Assembly (NCBI RefSeq): GCF_009914755.1
Contig: NC_060930.1
From: the human T2T-CHM13v2.0 reference genome, Homo sapiens
Reading direction: 5' to 3' (one strand)
Length of the DNA stretch: 64,000 nucleotides
Within the stretch, counting starts at the first letter, position 1. Each line of letters starts with the position of its first letter. The position numbers and the translations under genes are program-made. Positions 58,330 to 64,000 of this stretch are shown here, piece by piece. The notes under the pieces were generated by a model. The model ran no database searches. It saw only the letters and a list, made by a program, of their open reading frames with translations, and was not told the DNA's origin.

Positions 58330-58530
58330 ATGCCATGGTAATTAAAATTATGGGCTCTGAAATCAGCCTGCCTGGGTTCAAACCCCAGCTTCATGTGTCA
58401 GCTTCCTTGGCTGTAATAAGGAATACTAATAGCACCTGCCTTGTGGCTTTGAAAATTACATGATGTAACTTTGTCAAGAGCTTAGATGAGCACTTGGGAT
58501 ATGGCGAGTGCTCAATAAATGTTAGTTTAC
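58330..58530 (+). mobile_element. MIR
   Basis: CTGCCTGGGTTCAAACCCCAGCT ... GTGCTCAATAAATGTTAG. Confidence 0.7.
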
Positions 58531-58554
58531 CATCATCATCATCATTATTATTAT

Positions 58555-59030
58555 TACTGATTGCAAGCAAGACAAACTGGTTCTCACTTCAGCAGAAAAA
58601 GAAATTACTGAAGTAATTTTGGTTAGATCACAGATTTAACGTGAAGGATGAATAACCAGACTTGGAAAACAGGTGGAAACCAAGAGGCAGTCAGCATGGC
58701 ATAGCAGCCAGCACTTCACCAGTGTGGTGCCTTGGGGGCAGCCTGGCAGGAGCCACTGCCTTCACTCCTGGACTGCAGATCTACCACAGGACAGCAGACT
58801 GAATTGTCCTATGTCCAGACTTCACAGTCACAGGGAGCAGGCTGCATGCAGGTGGGGCCCAGGTCACCTACCTTCACCCTAGAGTCTGGAGCCACAGAAA
58901 ACAGTAATTGTCCTTGTAGCTTTTGTGATGGAAAGCAAGTCCTGACACCCACCAACTCACATACTAGGGAATTCACCAAATGTAGGACGGCAGCTAAGAT
59001 GCTGGGAAACCAAGAATTAACAAATGAGTA
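58555..59030 (-). mobile_element. Old MLT1-type LTR (tentative)
   Basis: TTGCAAGC...AACT...AGCAGAAAAAGAAATT start typical of antisense old MLT1. Degenerate. Confidence 0.45.
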
Positions 59031-59909
59031 TTACACCAATTAGTTAATTCATTACAGATTTCAATATTTTCCAAAAAACATCCTACAAAGAACAGCTCAC
59101 TTTAATATACTCCAACAAATGATGAAATCTCTCCTTGGTCATCAGCTTTTCTAAATTTCTGTAACTTTAGGTGATTCTGAATTTCTTAGTGATTCTGAAC
59201 TTCTAGAAGATTCTGAAACAGAACAGTCTTACTTTGGGATGTATTCAAATCCTAGAGATCAGTCACATCAATCTGTGCCCTTTTTCATTATGTAACATGA
59301 AACAGGAGGACCTTTCCAACTTGCCTTGGGAACCTGCTCCTACAACAGGGTATATTATCACATTTAATAAAGAAAGAGTAATATTTGCATTGTGACCCTT
59401 CATCTGAGGTCATCGGGACTGTGCTGTCCTCCCAAGCTCCACTGTAAAGGGATAGACAACAACCTTGTCTCCCAGTCATTGTAATCTGTATCAGAGAGCA
59501 TCATTAGATGAATGAAGATGGAAATGTTCTCACGGTCAGCAGGTGGGGAAGGCAAGACTTGCTGATTGGAAGCAATGAACCATAGTTCATTCTAAGGCTT
59601 GGGGAGAGCAACTTTGAGGAAATGAGGCCCCTAAACTTGCCATGTAGGAGAAGTTGGGGGGTGGTAAATTGGGCACCCTTTATCTACTAAACGTAATCTT
59701 TACTTCCCCACCCTCTAATTTTTCTCAGTTGGGCTTGAAATTGTTTTTGCTTGTTACACTTTATGGGAAAAGAAAGGGAAATCCTAATAAGGTCCATGCC
59801 AGCAAAACTCTAGAAGAAGAAACTAAGAATTTCAAATTGACAGTTTGTTAATGAGAAAAGACAAGGTTAAAGGATTGTGTTAAACAGATGACCAAAATAA
59901 TTATTGGAA

Positions 59910-60145
59910 ACTTCTGCTTCTGGCCAAGGTGGAATAATAAGGGCTACATTTACCTTCCCACCAGAAAATATAATAACAAACAAAAACTGGACAAAACACT
60001 GGACATGACACTGTTGTCTTTAAACCTTGGACATCAATCAGTGCAGGATGTTATTTTGTAAGAAAGGGAAAAAAATTGGGGTGAGCCTTCTGATTGTTTC
60101 CAGACTGGAGAGAAGTTTCAGGCCACAGCAAGTGGGGAGGAACCT
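59910..60145 (+). mobile_element. Old L1M 5'UTR fragment
   Basis: ACTTCTGCTTCTGGCCAAGGTGG...AAAACTGGACAAAA. Confidence 0.5.
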
Positions 60146-61109
60146 AGGTGTAAGTATATGTATAAGGTAGCACATCATAGTGGCCAAATGAATGGCACAG
60201 GAAAGAAAAACTACAAGAACAGAGGAGGTAGGGCCACAAAACTAGAGTGGGGTCCAAGATTCACTATGGATAAAATGGGGTGTTAATTTGGTTTTCAAGG
60301 CCAATACAAGAGGAGGCATAGAAAAAGAACAAGGTGGTGTTGGGAAGTAGTATAAAAAGGGGCACAGGCTTATCCTTGTTTTATAAAAAACAAAGGTTTT
60401 TGGAAGGGATTTGTAGAGATAAGTTTGAAAAGTAGTTTGAGACTATGTGTGGAAATTCATGAATCTTAGAGTTTGATTTTATTCAGGAGATCAGTAGCTT
60501 TTAAAATGTAAAATAAAACCAGTAAACTCTATCTAAAATAAATTCTTCCCCTAATCCCAATATAAAAAATACATATAAAAGCGTAGCTGCTCTAGACAAA
60601 ATGGCGGGTATGAGATGACCAGAAACCTCAACAGCACTACCTCTGGTAGCCCCATAGAACTGCCAAGAGTTTTCAGAGTATAGTTAATTCCTGCTGACGG
60701 CTAAGGCAGTCATTGAGTGATTGGAAAGAAGACGGAAGATAGACAAGATCAGTTAATTGGGTTGGAGGGAAGACTGAAGATAGGCAAGGTGACAAATTAG
60801 GAACTGTTGCAATGATCTAGGCAAGAAGGAACCTATGAACTAGGAGGGAGGCTTAAAGACAGCAAGGAGGGAACTATAGGCAGGGACATGTGAGGAAATG
60901 CTTAGTAGTTAAGGTGAGTTTGTAGGTATGAAAGGAGAGAAGGAAAGAACATTAAGTAGCATTAAGTGAACCAGATAATTTATAGCTCCTTGACCTGAAA
61001 CATTTAGAGGCTGTGATAACACTAATAATAATAATCTATAATTACATAAATTACGTAGTGTAATGATATATCATGATATAATCATCTTACCAATGCTTTA
61101 CAGTCAATG

Positions 61110-61320
61110 ACATTGTGGTACAGAGACTTTGGAGGCAGATAGACCTCGATTGTAACCTCTGTGCTGCCCGTGGTATGACCTTGAGCATGGTAGTTAATCT
61201 GAACTTCTTTCTTTTCTGTTAAATTGGGGACAATGACAGTACTTAACCTTATAGTACTTGAAGGGAGAGTGTTAGAATTGATACTGGGGAGTCTCTCCAC
61301 AGAAAGTTGTATTAGTTATT
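61110..61320 (+). mobile_element. MIR
   Basis: GACTTTGGAGGCAGATAGACCT...TGACCTTGAGCA...CTGTTAAATTGGG. Confidence 0.6.
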
Positions 61321-63313
61321 GTCTTTATTTCATTCTTAATGAATCAGCACTCCCGTTTTCTTTAACATGTTGAATTTAAAACCTCTTAGTGTATTTCTTT
61401 GTCTTGCCTTTTAATACCCCATGAATTATTGAGAAACAAAAGAAAGTGATTATGCAAATGTTTGAAATATCTAATAATACATGAACGTAGTCATGGGAAA
61501 CTGGAGAAATAACTTTACTGATATTATACTAGTTTTTTTTCTGGAAGCATAGCATATTAAGAAAACTCATTTCAATGAAAGAAAATTTAAAAATTAGAGT
61601 GCATTAGAAGCATAATCCAATGAATTCTATTCCTAATGAATACTCAGGCAGTATGTTAACTTTTTCTGAGATACAATAGCCAAGCCAAAGAATTTAAAGA
61701 ATGAAAAAAACAGATGATTAAACAAACTGTGAAGTAATTAGAGGTAGTCTTTGAAAATGCCTCATTAGGCATTTGACTCATTAGGACAGATCCTTTTATT
61801 TTAGGGCCAGGACATAATTATTTAAGCAGTTGATGTGTCTTTAGCTCCTTTCACCTTGCCACAAGTTGTCGCCTGTACTGCCTTTCCACCTAGCTTCCAA
61901 GTCCAGGCCGACTTTGAAGAGATTCCTTAGGGCTCACCTCCCCTGGAGAGTGCCCTCTGTACCATCTCTCTCCCTTTCCTCCTCATTCCTATTGCCTGAG
62001 TTTATTGTTTTAATAAATTCCCATAAGTTAACACCTCCTAGGGTGGATTAGAATCATTCAAATCCACATTGATTGTTACTAAGTAGAAATTTTATACTGA
62101 GCCTTTCTAAATCCTTACAACAACGTGACGAGGATATTATAGTTGCTTTAACCCAAGGAGATGAAATTCAAACTGGTGGCATTGCACACTTACAGTGGGC
62201 TTGCAGGATGAAAGAGAGCTTGGTATCTCGATCCCTTATACAAAACAGGTGGGTCTTGTTAGAAAAATTCTTCAATAATTGTTAAGGTTAAAATTTTGAA
62301 AAGTGGTTCAAAGAAATTTGCTTTGATGCAAATATTGTCTAGTCAGTTACATAACTTGAGCTATAATGACAGTGTACACTAGCTATCCAGGGCACAACAT
62401 CTCTATTGTGCTGTTGAATATACTGCTCAACCATTCTGGAAAATGGCATGTTCATGTATGAATGACAATGTATCTTGTGTGTATGGCATTCCAAGCCAAC
62501 ATGTTGGTCCCTGCAAGTAAACTTCTTGACTGTCAAGAGGCTGCCTGTTTAATATTTGCATGATCTAAACTAATTGTTTCCTTTGTTTTTTTCCTCTGCT
62601 TTATGAGCTGGTAGTTTGACCTTTTGGCTTTTCCCCTGAGAGTTAACAAAAGTTAGACAGTTGGGGGGTGAACTTAAGTAAAATCCATATCACTCTATGT
62701 TGCTGCTCTACTAACAATTCAAGAAAATGTCTTGGTAGAAAGCAAGGAATGAGTTTTAAATTTTCTCTTTGAATTTCAATTATCCATGCCACTCCTGTGG
62801 TCCACCATTCTATATAATTAAGAATAAGCTGTATGTTCCATAGTGACACAGGCTGTTGTTTCTGATTTGCAGTTTTCACTTAACCTAGGGTAAAATTGAA
62901 ATAGAAGTCGCATCCTTTTTTTTTTACCTTCTTCCACTCAATTCTAGTTAGATATTTTTGAACTTCTATAAAATGTCTATGCAATATTATCACCAATAAT
63001 GTGCAAAATTACTACTCCCATGTAGAAGAGGATCCATTCTTCATTGAACCATACCCTTGGGATCCTATCACATGCAGTTGGCCATATAATATTTTATATT
63101 ATTGTTTTTTTGTTTTGTTTGTTAAGTTTGTACCTACATAATGGATTAAATTCAAAATCTCTGTTTAACTGAAACAAAATCTGTTTAACTGAAACAAAAA
63201 AACAAAATCTCTGTTTTTTGTTTGTACAAAACAAAAAACAATAATATTTTTGTTTTGTTTGTATACTTCATAGGGACTTTGGAATTTGGAAAATATCGTT
63301 CATTTAGGGTATA

Positions 63314-63674
63314 TATATTAGTCCATTTTCATACTGCTATAAAGAAATACTTGAGACTGGGTAATTTATAAAGAAAAATAGGCTTAATGAACTCACAGTT
63401 CCACATGGCTGGGGAGGCCTCACAGTCATGGCAGAAGGTGAAGGGGAAGCAAAGGCATGTCTTATATGGCAGCAGGCAAGAGAGTATATGCAAGGGAACT
63501 GCCCTGTATGAAACCATCAGATCTCATGAGACTTATTTACTATCATGAGAACAGCACAGGAAAAACCTGCCCCCATGATTCAGTTACCTCCCACTGAGTC
63601 CCTCCCACATGTGGGGATTATGGGAACTACAATTCAAGATGAGATTTGGATGGGGACACAGCCAAACCATATCA
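63314..63674 (-). mobile_element. THE1 (B/C) solo LTR
   Basis: TATATTAGTCCATTTTCATACTGCT...CAGCCAAACCATATCA, 361 bp, with 5-bp TSD GTATA / GTACA. Confidence 0.9.
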
Positions 63675-64000
63675 GTACATTAAAGAAAATATTTGTTAGC
63701 GCTAAGTGAATCTACTTTCACCTACTTGATTATTTGATGATTTTATAAATAGTCATCTCTTTCCTCATCTTTCCAGTCGTATTTTGTTGTTCCAAAGCCA
63801 AAACCTGTGTGTCTTGTATTCAACAACCTGAATCATACAGTTGTGAGACGTAAATGGGAGTGGTGGTTCCACTTACTTCTTTACATAGTACTACAACTAA
63901 GCCATCTAAGTAGTCTGCTCCTAAATTCCTCCAAGAAGGGAAATATCATGATTTGATTTAAATGTGACATCCTTTCTTAGAGAAGTTTTCTTTGTCTCCT

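Noticed and set aside
59170-59220. GATTCTGAA x3 containing a consensus heat-shock element TTCtaGAAgaTTC
   Set aside because: About one such match is expected by chance in a window of this size and composition.
59393-59412. Everted half-sites TGACCC-n8-AGGTCA
   Set aside because: Isolated motif with no supporting context.

Overview
Hominid (most likely human) genomic DNA from the estrogen receptor alpha gene ESR1, transcribed on the + strand. The window holds the last ~4 kb of intron 2, the 117-bp coding exon for the second zinc finger/D-box (3971-4087; coding exon 3, Gly215-Gly254), and ~60 kb of intron 3. Exon 4 is not reached. Almost all other ORFs in the track are Alu, L1, SVA or LTR translation artefacts. 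The intron is dominated by antisense retroelements: an L1M (11.1-14.5 kb); a near-full-length L1PB (17.3-25.3 kb) with an SVA in its ORF1; and a 13-kb nest (43.6-57.1 kb) in which an old L1MC/D hosts a twin-primed L1PA, a second L1PA, several Alus, MER47B and an L1PA2 with a 681-codon open ORF2 remnant. I see no evidence for a new gene or a new multi-gene system. The best leads are: an intact MER85 piggyBac MITE carrying the CSB-PGBD3 palindrome; inverted Alus bracketing the zinc-finger exon; a possible SVA-derived poison exon; an intron read-through frame ending in a hydrophobic tail; a tRNA-Ile-derived element; and several readable retrotransposition or repair scars. Repeat subfamily names come from recalled consensus sequences, not from a search.
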